DNA from: Heptranchias perlo
Taxonomy: Eukaryota
Length of the DNA stretch: 64,000 bases
Assembly (NCBI RefSeq): GCF_035084215.1
Contig: NC_090330.1
Location: 14,694,001-14,758,000, forward strand
Direction: 5' to 3'
Below are positions 53,220 to 64,000 of the stretch, one piece after another. The notes under the pieces are model-generated. The model was not told the DNA's origin. It was given only the letters and a program-made list of their open reading frames with translations, and did not search any database. Positions within the stretch are counted from its first letter, which is position 1. Each line of letters starts with the position of its first letter. The position numbers and the translations under genes are program-made.

Positions 53220-53685
53220 TTTTTTTTAATTCGTTCATGGGATGTGGACGTCGCTGGCGAGGCCGGCATTTATTGCCCATCCCTAATTGCCCTTGAGTAG
53301 GTGGTGGTGAGCCGCCTTCTTGAACTGCTGCAGACCGTGTGGTGAATGTTCTCCCACAGTGCTGTTAGGTAGGGAGTTCCAGGATTTTGACCCAGCGACG
53401 ATGAAGAAATGGCGATATATTTCCAAGTCGGGATGGTGTGTGATTTGGAGGGGAACGTGCAGATGGTGTTGTTCCCATGTGCCTGCTGCCCTTGTCCTTC
53501 TAGGTGGTAGAGGTCGCGGGTTTGGGAGGTGCTGTTGAAGAAGCCTTGGTGAGTTGCTGCAGTACATCCTGTAGATGGTACACACTACAGCCACGGTGCG
53601 CCAGTGGTGAAGGGAGTGACTGTTTAGGGTGGTGGATGGGGTGCCAATCAAACGAGCTGCTTTGTCCTGGATGGTGTCGAGCTTC
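53220..53685 (-). mobile_element. 5'-truncated copy of the young CR1-clade LINE family
   Basis: Near-identical to 60550-61010; ORF 53283-53750 KLDTIQDKAARLIGTP. Confidence 0.92.
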
Positions 53686-54784
53686 CTATGCAATGTAATA
53701 CTATGTAATGTAATACTATGTAATTTAATGTATTGCAGATTCATGCCCATTTTGTCTCAGTGCTGAATTTCTGTTCAAGCAAATTTGTTTCTTTACCTTG
53801 TCTCAGCAAAAATGCATTCTGTCAGCATCTCACTCAGTCACCATCTTACAACTCAAGAAAGTCCAGAGGCAGGCATATGGTGAGAACCTATTGTTCTTCC
53901 CCTCTTCCCACTTTTGTATTGTTCCGTACTATAAAAAAGGGCTTTCTTATTTTCCAGTTCCAGCTCTGAAGAAGATACTTCACCCAACATATTAACTAGT
54001 TTCTTTCTCTTTACAGATGGTGATGGGCCTGCTGTGTATTTGTTGCATTTTCTGTTGTTATATCAAATTTCCAGCATTTTTAGTTTTTTTTCTATCTTTC
54101 TATTTTAAGTTTCCAAACTCTCTCCAGTTGATTAAAAAAATCACCATTAATCATATATTCAGAAAGTGTGCAAGGCAGGTTCAGAAATGGAAAATGTTTT
54201 TTTTCTATCTAGGTCCCTATACAGAACCGCAACAGTCTGCTGTGTGTATAAGGGAGGAATTAATTCAAGGCCAAATAAAAGAGAAAAAATGTCCAAATCT
54301 CAGAAGAAAATGGATTTTCTCTTCCATTGATCCCTTCTTCTAGTTTATTATGTAACACAATGGACTAAGTATCCTGAATAAGTGTCATTAAATTGCTACC
54401 TGTTTTTTTACAGAAAATCCAAGCACTATTTTTTATTGCTGAGTCTATAAAGAGCAGAGAAATGATTCACATTCACAGTGGCCTTAATTTCCATCTCAGC
54501 ATTGACCGAACCTCTTAATTATGCTTTATTTTTACTGACAGTTTGGTGTGCTCAGTTCATTTCAGTTCGCTTGCTGCAGTCACAACCATTCCATGAAGTG
54601 AGTAGTCACTTTCATGTCAGGATGGAGACCTGGGACTGACTATATGCTTCATCAAAAGGCTGCACTTGTGTGCCTGACAGTTCACTGCACCTCAACTTGT
54701 TAACTTCTCCAATTCAGTAAATTGTCAATCAGTGATACTCAGTCACAAAATCTTGACATATCTTGAAACTTATAATAAAGGAAA

Positions 54785-55529
54785 GGCCCAGAATTTCCTG
54801 GACCGGGGCCTCTCACAGTGAGCACCGTGAGTTGGATTTTGTCCTTCACCCTTCAGCTCCAATTAATTTTGAGCTGCAAATTGCTGGAAGTGCATATTGA
54901 TAACGGGGTCAACATCTGGACCCTTGGTGAATGACAGGACCAATGGTCTATCTCCTTAACCAATGAAATTTAAGGATAGAGAAAGAAACAGAGTGAACAA
55001 CAGAGAAGGAAATAGGGTGAATTAAAGTCAAATTAGATATAGAAAGAGAAATAAAGAGAAGGAAGGAAATATTGGATTAAGAGATAGAAAAAAGATACAG
55101 AAAATAAAAGTAAGAAAAAAAATGTAAAATTTAAAATTCAAATAATCTCTAGGAACAATTTACTAGCTGCAGGAGTGACACACCACTGTTGCAATTGTTC
55201 CTTTTCTAAGCCTCCAAGGTGGAGTGGCTTTGTAGGAACACAAAGCTCGTTATTAAAAAAGGTCCTTACGTTGTTAAGTACCAGCCCTAACTTTCCGCGG
55301 CGAGTTTAATTCTTATTTAGGGCACAAATCCAGCAATTTCTTGCCACTTACGGGGAGGTTGACAGCGGAGATTCTGTTTTCGTGGGGCTAATGGCAGAGC
55401 TGCGCAAATCGTCCAGCAATTTGTGGCGATTCGCAGCTCATGGCCTCGCCACAAATTGTTGGGTTTTTTACACACTAAAAACGGCGTGTGCATTAAACTC
55501 AGCGTTATTTTGCCAGCAAATTCTGTCCC
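54785..55529. mobile_element. MITE (same family as 37476-38140)
   Basis: TIR GGCCCAGAATTTCCTGG vs revcomp GGGACAGAATTTGCTGG (14/17); shared purine-rich internal block. Confidence 0.75.
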
Positions 55530-55852
55530 ATTATTTCTGTGGTTGTATGCTAATAAAAATATTTTCTGCAACAATGGCATGGTTTCCATTTGGATGAAAG
55601 GAACTGTCTTTTAGAAGTTAGGACAAGGAGGGTGTCAATATTTCCAAGAGCGTCCTCCATGCATCAAAGCTGGAAATTCATTGATCTAGTTGTAGAAGCC
55701 CCCCAAAGTATTTGATGGTTCCTCAGCAAAAAAATCTTATTGCAGAGGTTTCAAAACACTGTAGGAGTTTACATGTATTACTTTTTTTGTTTAACTATTT
55801 GTTAATATCATACAAATCCAATTAGATGCACTTCACTTTTCTCTTTAACAGC

Positions 55853-56047
55853 TGTAAAGAATCTTACAACACCAGGTTATAGTCCAACAATTTTATTTGA
55901 AAATCACAAGCTTTTGGAGGCTTTCTCCTTCGTCACCTGACGAAGGAGAAAGCCTCCAAAAGCTTGTGATTTTCAAATAAAATTATTGGACTATAACCTG
56001 GTGTTGTAAGATTCTTTACATTTGTCAACCCCAGTCCATCACCGGCA
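55853..56047 (+). mobile_element. Palindromic Penelope-like pLTR insertion
   Basis: 83-bp arms 55853-55935 and 55938-56020 (82/83 identical, CC spacer); TSD TCTCTTTAACAGC (55840-55852, 56048-56060); hammerhead 55933-55969 with GAAA>AAAA. Confidence 0.88.
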
Positions 56048-56439
56048 TCTCTTTAACAGCAAGCAACACTAATGCTGCTATTCATATTAATGTGACAATA
56101 AATGGTTTTAATTCTTCCACATAAACTTTATTTATAAGAAAACCTCATTATATGTGGGATGTCAGCATTTTAATTTGCAGATTTATAGTTCAGCTAATCT
56201 CCTAAAAATCAAAAACCCTCCTGCATTTCCTATTGATCTGGAACAAGCAATAATCCCTATAAAGAGCTAATCTTGGAGCCCTCAATGCAGCCTTTTCAAG
56301 CAGCATTGAGCAAACACAGAGCAAGGCAATCCCCTTGCAACAAAATCTCTCACAATGGTTTGTCTTTTTTTAATCTCTTTGGTGACGAGAAGGCTGTGTG
56401 TTTTTTATTCCCATTTTGCTCTAAATACAGGCGAATAAA

Positions 56440-56660
56440 AATGAAAGACTTGCATTTATATAGCACCTTTCACAACCTCATGACGTTCCAAAGCGCCTTA
56501 CAGCCAATTAAGTACTTTTGAAGTGTAGTCACTGTTGTGATGCAGGAAACACAGCAGCCAATCTGCGCACAGCAAGGTCCCACAAACAGCAATGTGATAA
56601 CATCCAGATAATCTGTTTTAGTGATGTTGGTCGAGGGATAAATATTGACCAGGACACCAA
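56440..56660 (-). mobile_element. Deu-domain-type SINE, 3' half
   Basis: Closely matches 56995-57215 (GACTTGCATTTATATAGCACCTTTCACAACCTCA...). Confidence 0.8.
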
Positions 56661-56988
56661 TACTTGGTGCAAACTGAAAATAAATCTACAGCTGACACAT
56701 TACTGGACATTTGTCTTCCAAACTTAAACCAAGGAAGTGCTCTATAAGTACTTGTACTGCTTGCAAGAAAAGATTTGTTTTTCTTTTAATATTTCAATAC
56801 TGTAAGCACACTTTAGTATCATGTTATTTAGTTATACACTAGCCATTTAGTAGAATTTATTTGGGAAAAATGATTCATTCGAATATTATCTCCCGATGGA
56901 GGAAGCTTGTGCCTTCCATTTGGGCCTTTTGCCTGGTGACTAGGCTGAGATAAAGAGATTGCCTGAGGAGATACATCTTAATAACACA

Positions 56989-57433
56989 AGAAAGAAAGAA
57001 AGGCTTGAATTTATATAGCGCCTTCCACAACCTCAGAACATCCTAAAACACTTTACAGTCAATGAAGTGCTTTTTGAAGTGTAGTCACTGTTGTAATATT
57101 GGGAACGCAGCAGCCAATTTGTGCTCAGCAAGATCCCACAAACAGCAATGTGATAATGACCAGATCATTTGTTTTTAGGTGTTGGTTGAGGGATAAATAA
57201 GGGCCAAGACACTGAGGTGAACTCCTCTACTCTTCTTTGAAACAGTGTCATGCAATCTTTTACTTCCACCTGAGAGAGCAGACTGGGCCTTGGTTTAACA
57301 TCACCTCCGACAGTGCAGCACGTCCTCAGTACTACACTGGATTGTCAGCCTAGATTTTGTGCTTAAGTCCCCAGAATGGGATTGTGAACCCACAACCTTC
57401 TACCCCAGAGGCAAGAGTGCTACCACCGAGCCA
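56989..57433 (-). mobile_element. Full-length tRNA-derived SINE, probably Deu-domain (SacSINE1-like)
   Basis: Revcomp head TGGCTCGGTGGTAGCAC (A box) and GGGTTCACAATCC (B-box-like); 3' tail GGCGCTATATAAAT...(TTTC)n; family name from memory, not verified. Confidence 0.75.
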
Positions 57434-58829
57434 AGTGTGGTGCCCTGTTACCGTATCTATTTAGGATAAGTGTTCAGATTTTTAGGGGTTTCACCCATTA
57501 GTTTGGATGATGCTGAGATCAAAACCCTGTCCATTGATAACATTCTTTGATTGTTATGGAATGTTGCTACACCCCCGGCACCATCAGGAAAATGTCCACA
57601 GTTGTCAAGAAACAAGCTGGAATCAGAGGCGTTCCCCACTAGAATACCAGGAATCAGATATCCCACAGAAAAGTGGCAGGGGAGAAATTAATAAAAATAT
57701 ATTCGCTGTGGTGGCTCCAGACATTTATAGCACCACATTAACGGATAATGATGGCTGAAAATATAGCAAGACCTCTTATTCCTAAATGGCACCAAACTCC
57801 AGTATGGTTCAAACTTCTGTATTCATCCAAATTAACCTGAACTGGACCAAATCTAAATCATTTCAGGTGCAGAACCCAGTTAATTTTGCTAATACTTGGT
57901 CAATAGATTTATATAAGAATTATAATCCAAGAATTATAAAATAAAGTGCCATTCCCCAATTATTTTTGCTATCATTTAAACTATCCTGATTTTGCTTAAT
58001 TATCATAAATAATTTTCTAGGATAACATACCTCAATTTATCTGGTCAAGAGCAAGGTTGATTAATTAGCAAAGGTAATTATACTAATGACAATATTCATG
58101 GCTTCAATTTCTGTAATCAGAAGTAATTATGCAGAAATCTGTTGAACATAGAAACATTAGGAACAGGAGTAGGCCATTAAGCCACTCAGGCCTGCTCTGA
58201 CATTCAATTAGATCATGGCTGATTTGCACCTCAACTCCATTTCCCGTCTTTGCTCCTTATCCCTTGATAACTTTACGGTATTTAACAAAAAATTATCATG
58301 TTGCCATAATTATGTAATTAGATGGTCATTTATTGACCATAAATAAAGTGTGAAAATGTTTTCACAGTGAATGGACTGTCTGAATATTTCATTTTGAAAA
58401 ACACATCTGTGGTCGTGATTCTTGATTTTTTGTTTGCAATGAATCTTTCGTTGAGTTTTGCTCGATCATTCAACGTAGGTTATTGATGTGGTTCCTGCAG
58501 TTTAGTGGGGTTCTACTAACTTTAGTACTATGGTAACTTTCTTTGCAATAACACATTAGTCCTTTCAATAGATTTCAGCTGTGAGTGGTCAGGAATAAAT
58601 CTCGACATTTAACAAACTATTCCATGAATAATTTTGAAGAAACATTAAAAGCTTTGGCTTCCACCCTGTGTTTACATTAAGAATGCTCTCCGTCATCTCT
58701 GCTGAGAGGAGAAATCTCCTCTCTGTGAGAGTTCCACAGGTAGGAGAAGCCTGGTGAAGCTTTGCCATTGCAATTCCACACGGATTTATCCAGATTAACA
58801 CAATGCTGAAGCACAGCTTTTTGTGCCCA

Positions 58830-59281
58830 AAGCTTTCGGAGGCTTTCTCCTTCGTCACCTGACGAAGGAGAAAGCCTCCAAAAGCTTGTGATTTTCAAAT
58901 AAAATTGTTGGACTATAACCTGGTGTTGTAAGATTCTTTACATTTGTCAACCCCAGTCCATCACCGGCATCTCTTTAACAGCAAGCAACACTAATGCTGC
59001 TATTCATATTAATGTGACAATAAATGGTTTTAATTCTTCCACATAAACTTTATTTATAAGAAAACCTCATTATATGTGGGATGTCAGCATTTTAATTTGC
59101 AGATTTATAGTTCAGCTAATCTCCTAAAAATCAAAAACCCTCCTGCATTTCCTATTGATCTGGAACAAGCAATAATCCCTATAAAGAGCTAATCTTGGAG
59201 CCCTCAATGCAGCCTTTTCAAGCAGCATTGAGCAAACACAGAGCAAGGCAATCCCCTTGCAACAAAATCTCTCACAATGGT
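58830..59281 (+). repeat. 452-bp direct duplication of 55908-56359
   Basis: Base-by-base match with offset 2922; only two differences seen (55915/58837 and 55985/58907). Confidence 0.95.
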
Positions 59282-59689
59282 AGTTACCTGGCTGATTTGA
59301 ACATTGATGAGATAGAGAGGTAGAGAGAGAGAGAGAGGGATTTCACTTTCTGGTCAGTCAGGGAGGCTGAGAGACTCCAGGTTGAGCGAGGAACCTATGT
59401 AGCACCAGTTAGTTCAGGCTCTGCTAATCTGTAAGTGAGTTTAACCCATTACTGGGGCGGAGGTTGTGTATTTTGTTGTTTTATGGCATGAGAAGCCGTG
59501 GGAAATAGATGGATCTCACTGGAAACTGTATTCTATTCATTCACATATTTTATGTAAAATAAACCAGTTTGTAACCTTGTGTTTTTCCAGTAAGATAGGG
59601 GAACATGTGATGGCACATGTGAGATAATAGTACCCAGAACGTACAACAAGGGGTCTATTAAATCAGATAAATCAGGGTATTTTCTAAAT

Positions 59690-60030
59690 AATGAGAAACA
59701 AGGAACTGTAGAGGAGCAAAGAGATTTGGGAGTCCAATCATTAATAGTTAGTAGACAGGAACAAAAAGCAATCAAAAAGGCTAATGGAATGTTGGCCTCT
59801 ATCTCCAGGGGGCAGGAATACAAAAGGGAGGAAGTTATGCTTCAGTTGTACAAAGCCTTGGTCAGACCCCATCTGGAGTACTGCATTCAATTTTGGGCAC
59901 TGCACCTCAAGAAGGATATATTGGCCTTGGAGGGGGTACAGCGCAGATTCACCAGAATGATACCAGGGGTTTAGAGGGTTAAATTATGAGAAAGGGTGCA
60001 TAAACTTGGCTTGTATTCTCTTGAGTACAG
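59690..60030 (+). mobile_element. CR1 RT C-terminal fragment
   Basis: ORF 59726-59974 [18 protein letters not shown]. Confidence 0.9.
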
Positions 60031-60297
60031 GGTGTTCCTAATGCTGTCCGGTGGCCATGTTGGATGACAAGCATCTACAGAATGACACTGAAAATATTTT
60101 ATTATTTTAAAATAATGCAAAAAATGAAATATATTACGAGTAATTTTGACTCCAGAGAGGATTGATCTCTTCTACCAAGTATATTAAAAGAAAGGACCCA
60201 CTTAGAATTTGTTTTTTAACGCCAAAATAATTTTAGTAAAAGGCCCGGTAGGAGCTCACAAGCATTTAGTCAAGAAAGCGCACACACATACACACAC

Positions 60298-60543
60298 ATA
60301 CTTCTCCCAGAGGGTCGTGAATCTTTGGAATTCTTTACCCCAAAAAGCTGTAGAGGCTGAGTCATTGAATACATTTAAGGCTGAGTTAGACAAATTTTTG
60401 ATCAGCAAGGGAGTCAAAGGAAATGGGGAAAAGGCGGGAAAGTGGAGTTGAGGTAAAAATCAGATCAGCCGTGATCTCATTGAATGGCGGAGCAGGCTCG
60501 AGGGGCCGAATGGCCTACTCCTGCTCCTATCTCTTATAGTTAT
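60298..60543 (+). mobile_element. CR1 3' end between two (CA)n tracts; tail resumes at 62241-62253
   Basis: YFSQRVVNLWNSLP motif; (CA)n at 60281-60299 and 62254-62283. Confidence 0.85.
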
Positions 60544-62240
60544 TTTTTTTTTTATTCGTTCACGGGATGTGGGCGTCGCTGGCAAGGCCGGCATTTATTG
60601 CCCATCCCTAATTGCCCTTGAGAAGGTGGTGGTGAGCCGCCTTCTTGAACCGCTGCAGTCCGTGTGGTGACGGTTCTCCCACAGTGCTGTTAGGAAGGGA
60701 GTTCCAGGATTTTGACCCAGCGACAATGAAGGAACGGCGATATATTTCCAAGTCGGGATGGTGTGTGACTTGAAGGGGAAATGCAGGTGGTGTTGTTCCC
60801 ATGCGCCTGCTGCCCTTGTCCTTCCAGGTGGTAGAGGTCGCGGGTTTGGGAGGTGCTGTCGAAGAAGCCTTGGCGAGTTGCTGCAGTGCATCCTGTGGAT
60901 GGTGCACACTGCAGCCACAGTGCGCCGGTGGTGAAGGGAGTGAATGTTTAGGGTGGTGGATGGGGTGCCAATCAAGCGAGCTGCTTTATCTTGGATGGTG
61001 TCGAGCTTCTTGAGTGTTGTTGGAGCTGCACTCATCCAGGCAAGTGGAGAGTATTCCATCACACTCCTGACTTGTGCCTTGTAGATGGTGGAAAGGCTTT
61101 GGGGAGTCAGGAGGTGAGTCACTCGCCGCAGAATACCCAGCCTCTGACCTGCTCTCGTAGCCACAGTATTTATATGGCTGGTCCAGTTAAGTTTCTGGTC
61201 AATGGTGACCCCCAGGATGTTGGTGGTGGGGGATTCGGCGATGGTAATGCCGTTGAATGTCAAGGGGAGGTGGTTAGACTCTCTCTTGTTGGAGATGGTC
61301 ATTGCCTGGCACTTATCTGGCGCGAATGTTACTTGCCACTTATCAGCCCAAGCCTGGATGTTGTCCAGGTCTTGCTGCATGCGGGCTCGGACTGCTTCAT
61401 TATCTGAGGGGTTGCGAATGGAACTGAACACTGTGCAGTCATCAGTGAACATCCCCATTTCTGACCTTATGATGGAGGGAAGGTCATTGATGAAGCAGCT
61501 GAAGATGGTTGGGCCTAGGACACTGCCCTGAGGAACTCCTGCAGCAATGCCCTGGGGCTGAGCTGCTTGGCCTCCAACAACCACTATCATCTTCCTTTGT
61601 GCTAGGTATGACTCCAGCCACTGGAGAGTTTTCCCCCTGATTCCCATTGACTTCAATTTTACTAGGGCTCCTTGGTGCCACACTCGGTCAAATGCTGCCT
61701 TCATGTCAAGGGCAGTCACTCTCACCTCACCTCTGGAATTCAGCTCTTTTGTCCATGTTTGGACCAAGGCTGTAATGAGGTCTGGAGCCGAGTGGTCCTG
61801 GCGGAACCCAAACTGAGCATCGGTGAGCAGGTTATTGGTGAGTAAGTGCCGCTTGATAGCACTGTCGACAACACCTTCCATCACTTTGCTGATGATTGAG
61901 AGTAGACTGATGGGGCGGTAATTGGCCGGATTGGATTTTTCCTGCTTTTTGTGGACAGGACATACCTGGGCAATTTTCCACATTGTCGGGTGGATGCCAG
62001 TGTTGTAGCTGTACTGGAACAGCTTGGCTAGAGGCGCAGCTAGTTCTGGAGCACAAGTCTTCAGCACTACAGCTGGGATGTTGTCGGGGCCCATAGCCTT
62101 TGCTGTATCCAGTGCACTCAGCCGTTTCTTGATATCACGTGGAGTGAATCGAATTGGCCGAAGACTGGCTTCCGTGATGGTGGGGATATCGGGAGGAGGC
62201 TGAGATGGATTATCCACTCGGCACTTCTGGCTGAAGATGA
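60544..62240 (-). mobile_element. Young 5'-truncated CR1-clade (CR1/L2-like) LINE
   Basis: TSD AGTTAT (60538-60543, 62241-62246); A-rich tail; RT ORF with no internal stops. Confidence 0.93.
60595..62217 (-). CDS. Reverse transcriptase (truncated LINE ORF2, 540 aa), probably non-functional
   Basis: NYRPISLLS, QFGFR, LDMKAAFDRVWH, GVPQGSVLGP and FTDD (canonical FADD); no EN domain; frameshift near the C-terminus relative to ORF 60608-60907. Confidence 0.85.
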   Translation of the reverse strand: MDNPSQPPPDIPTITEASLRPIRFTPRDIKKRLSALDTAKAMGPDNIPAVVLKTCAPELAAPLAKLFQYSYNTGIHPTMWKIAQVCPVHKKQEKSNPANYRPISLLSIISKVMEGVVDSAIKRHLLTNNLLTDAQFGFRQDHSAPDLITALVQTWTKELNSRGEVRVTALDMKAAFDRVWHQGALVKLKSMGIRGKTLQWLESYLAQRKMIVVVGGQAAQPQGIAAGVPQGSVLGPTIFSCFINDLPSIIRSEMGMFTDDCTVFSSIRNPSDNEAVRARMQQDLDNIQAWADKWQVTFAPDKCQAMTISNKRESNHLPLTFNGITIAESPTTNILGVTIDQKLNWTSHINTVATRAGQRLGILRRVTHLLTPQSLSTIYKAQVRSVMEYSPLAWMSAAPTTLKKLDTIQDKAARLIGTPSTTLNIHSLHHRRTVAAVCTIHRMHCSNSPRLLRQHLPNPRPLPPGRTRAAGAWEQHHLHFPFKSHTIPTWKYIAVPSLSLGQNPGTPFLTALWENRHHTDCSGSRRRLTTTFSRAIRDGQ

Positions 62241-62889
62241 AGTTATGGTCTTACACACACACATATACACACACACACACACATTTAAAGCAAGGTATTC
62301 AAGTAGGGAATTATGTGGGACTAGCGAGGTCTCATTATGGATAATCCTAAATAAAATCTATGTTTTAATGTGCCTCAATTTGGAATATTTAGCTGGTTTT
62401 CTCACTCGTATTACATTTCTAAAGCACAGGAAGTGCCTTTTGCGGTTTTCAGAGCAAAACTGTTGGGAGTTACACAAAGCCGATTCATTTCACTTTGCTT
62501 GTCTTTGACCCTCTGCGAAACCATTTGGATTGCAGTGGTGGTTGTGATGATGCAGAGGAAGAGCAGCGAATCTATCTCCACTGTCACCATTAACAACCGC
62601 ACTGTGCACTTAACAGAGTCTCAGGCTTTAAGGCGCCCGCTCCCAACGGACCTCTCTCACTCTCGCCCTCTCTCTCCAGCACCCACATCTGCTAGTGAGC
62701 GCTGGTAAGAAAAGCCTTTTATTTTATTTTCAAACTGTCAAGAACATACAACAGTTGCTAAAATTGCGTTTAGTCTCTTTCAACAAAACTGAAGTGATTC
62801 TTAGATCACCTGCTGAGTGTTTCACACATTTTGCATGGAGGTAAGTGGGGTGAGGGGAATATCGATACCAGTATCGATATCGGGCAGTA

Positions 62890-63020
62890 AACGTATGAAC
62901 ATGAAAATGATGGGCAGGAAAAGATCAGATGCTCCATCAAGCCTGCCCCAAACTCACGATGCCTGGAGCATCATGACTAGACTCTTCCTACCCCTTGGCA
63001 GCCATGTAATCTCCTAGGGG
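62890..63020 (-). repeat. LINE/SINE 3'-tail-like fragment, related to ~50063-50260
   Basis: Shared GAAAATGA.GGGCAGGAAAAGA.CAG.TG.TCCATCAAGCC.GCCCC. Confidence 0.7.
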
Positions 63021-64000
63021 CACTCTCCAGAACATAAAGGATACAAGGTCCGCTTACAAGAGTGACCGATGACAAGAGGTGACCCTAGAGAATATCTATG
63101 GTAGATCTGTGGATTTATAACACTACCACTGGGTTGGCGGAGCAAATCTGCAGAGTTCCCCAGTCTTGATCACTATGCAGCAACCCCTGAAACAGGTTCA
63201 TAAGTGATGTCTTTCACAGTTGAATAGCCTGCTGAAAGTCCCTTTCAAGGATCCCATATGAATAATGGCCGTGGGTGTGAGGTATGAGAGTGCGACCAGC
63301 ATCTGTGGCGCTTTCCCCAACAAGGAGTTACGTCTTCGAGAGAAAAGAAGAGGGAAAAAGTTGCTTTAAAAAATAAGAGGGCGTTCAGCCCAACTATTCA
63401 ATCTCTCCCCATCTCTCTCTCTTCCTCTTCTCTCATCCTGGAACTATTCTGAAAATGAAGGAAACAGACCTCAGCCAGGTGATGCAGGAAGTAAATAAAT
63501 ATATAACAATCCCAAATGAGCATGCTCCTGTATGTGTGTGCATATATATATATATATATATAGCCAGAACAGAATTAATAAATGGTACTATTCATAAGAA
63601 TGAAAATGTAAATATGCTATCGACAGTGCCAAATTATTCTAAAGCATTTGGAGCCAACAGATTTAGCAATTGCTAGTGAAACATTACAATATAAATGCAG
63701 ATGAATAATTAATGTTTAATATCACTTTGTGGACTTTTCTATTACAAATTCATTCAAAATTATCCATTATGACACCGAAATATTGAATATGGCTTCATTT
63801 TCTTTTATAATATGTTTTAATAGGACTTAATTGTTGGCTTTTTCTTTCCTTCAGAATGGTACAATTATTATTAAACTATTTTTATTTTAAATATTATTCT
63901 TTCAGTGCTTTATTAGATGAGTGGGTAGATTTTTGATTATATTCCTGTAGGGAGAGTTCATAGAACGCTAACCTATATTAAATCCCATTCGTGGTACTAT

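Noticed and set aside
54001-54343. Strong acceptor TTTCTCTTTACAG|ATG followed by a 108-aa ORF
   Set aside because: The acceptor-like sequence belongs to a decayed repeat terminus and the ORF is low-complexity with no recognisable product
55853-56060. CRISPR array or pre-miRNA
   Set aside because: No repeat-spacer periodicity; the hairpin is explained by an inverted PLE insertion with a TSD
57365-57433. tRNA gene
   Set aside because: A/B-box-like motifs are present but there is no intact cloverleaf, and it is the head of a SINE
58322-58366. Two adjacent small hairpins (ATGGTCA/TGACCAT and TGTGAAAA/TTTTCACA)
   Set aside because: Arms of 7-8 bp in AT-rich DNA are expected by chance

Overview
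Eukaryotic, repeat-dominated, essentially non-coding DNA. The repeat content (CR1 LINEs, Deu-domain-type SINEs, PIF/Harbinger transposons and MITEs, Penelope-like elements) suggests a vertebrate, most likely a cartilaginous fish; this is inferred, not verified. I cannot support any intact host protein-coding gene, and every recognisable ORF is transposon-derived. Main components: about 25 CR1-clade LINE fragments, mostly on the minus strand, including a near-full-length decayed CR1 (~39.9-43.5 kb) and a young 1.7-kb RT-bearing copy (60544-62240); a decayed two-gene Harbinger (spliced Myb/SANT gene converging on a HARBI1-type DDE nuclease) with deletion derivatives and MITEs; and five pieces of a Penelope-like terminal repeat, four carrying a minimal type-I hammerhead ribozyme motif. 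One of these forms an 83-bp-arm palindrome that was later partly duplicated with its flank 2.9 kb downstream. There are also several locally templated insertions and weak candidate + strand host exons near 30.7 kb and 62.6-62.8 kb. Boundaries of old repeats are approximate.
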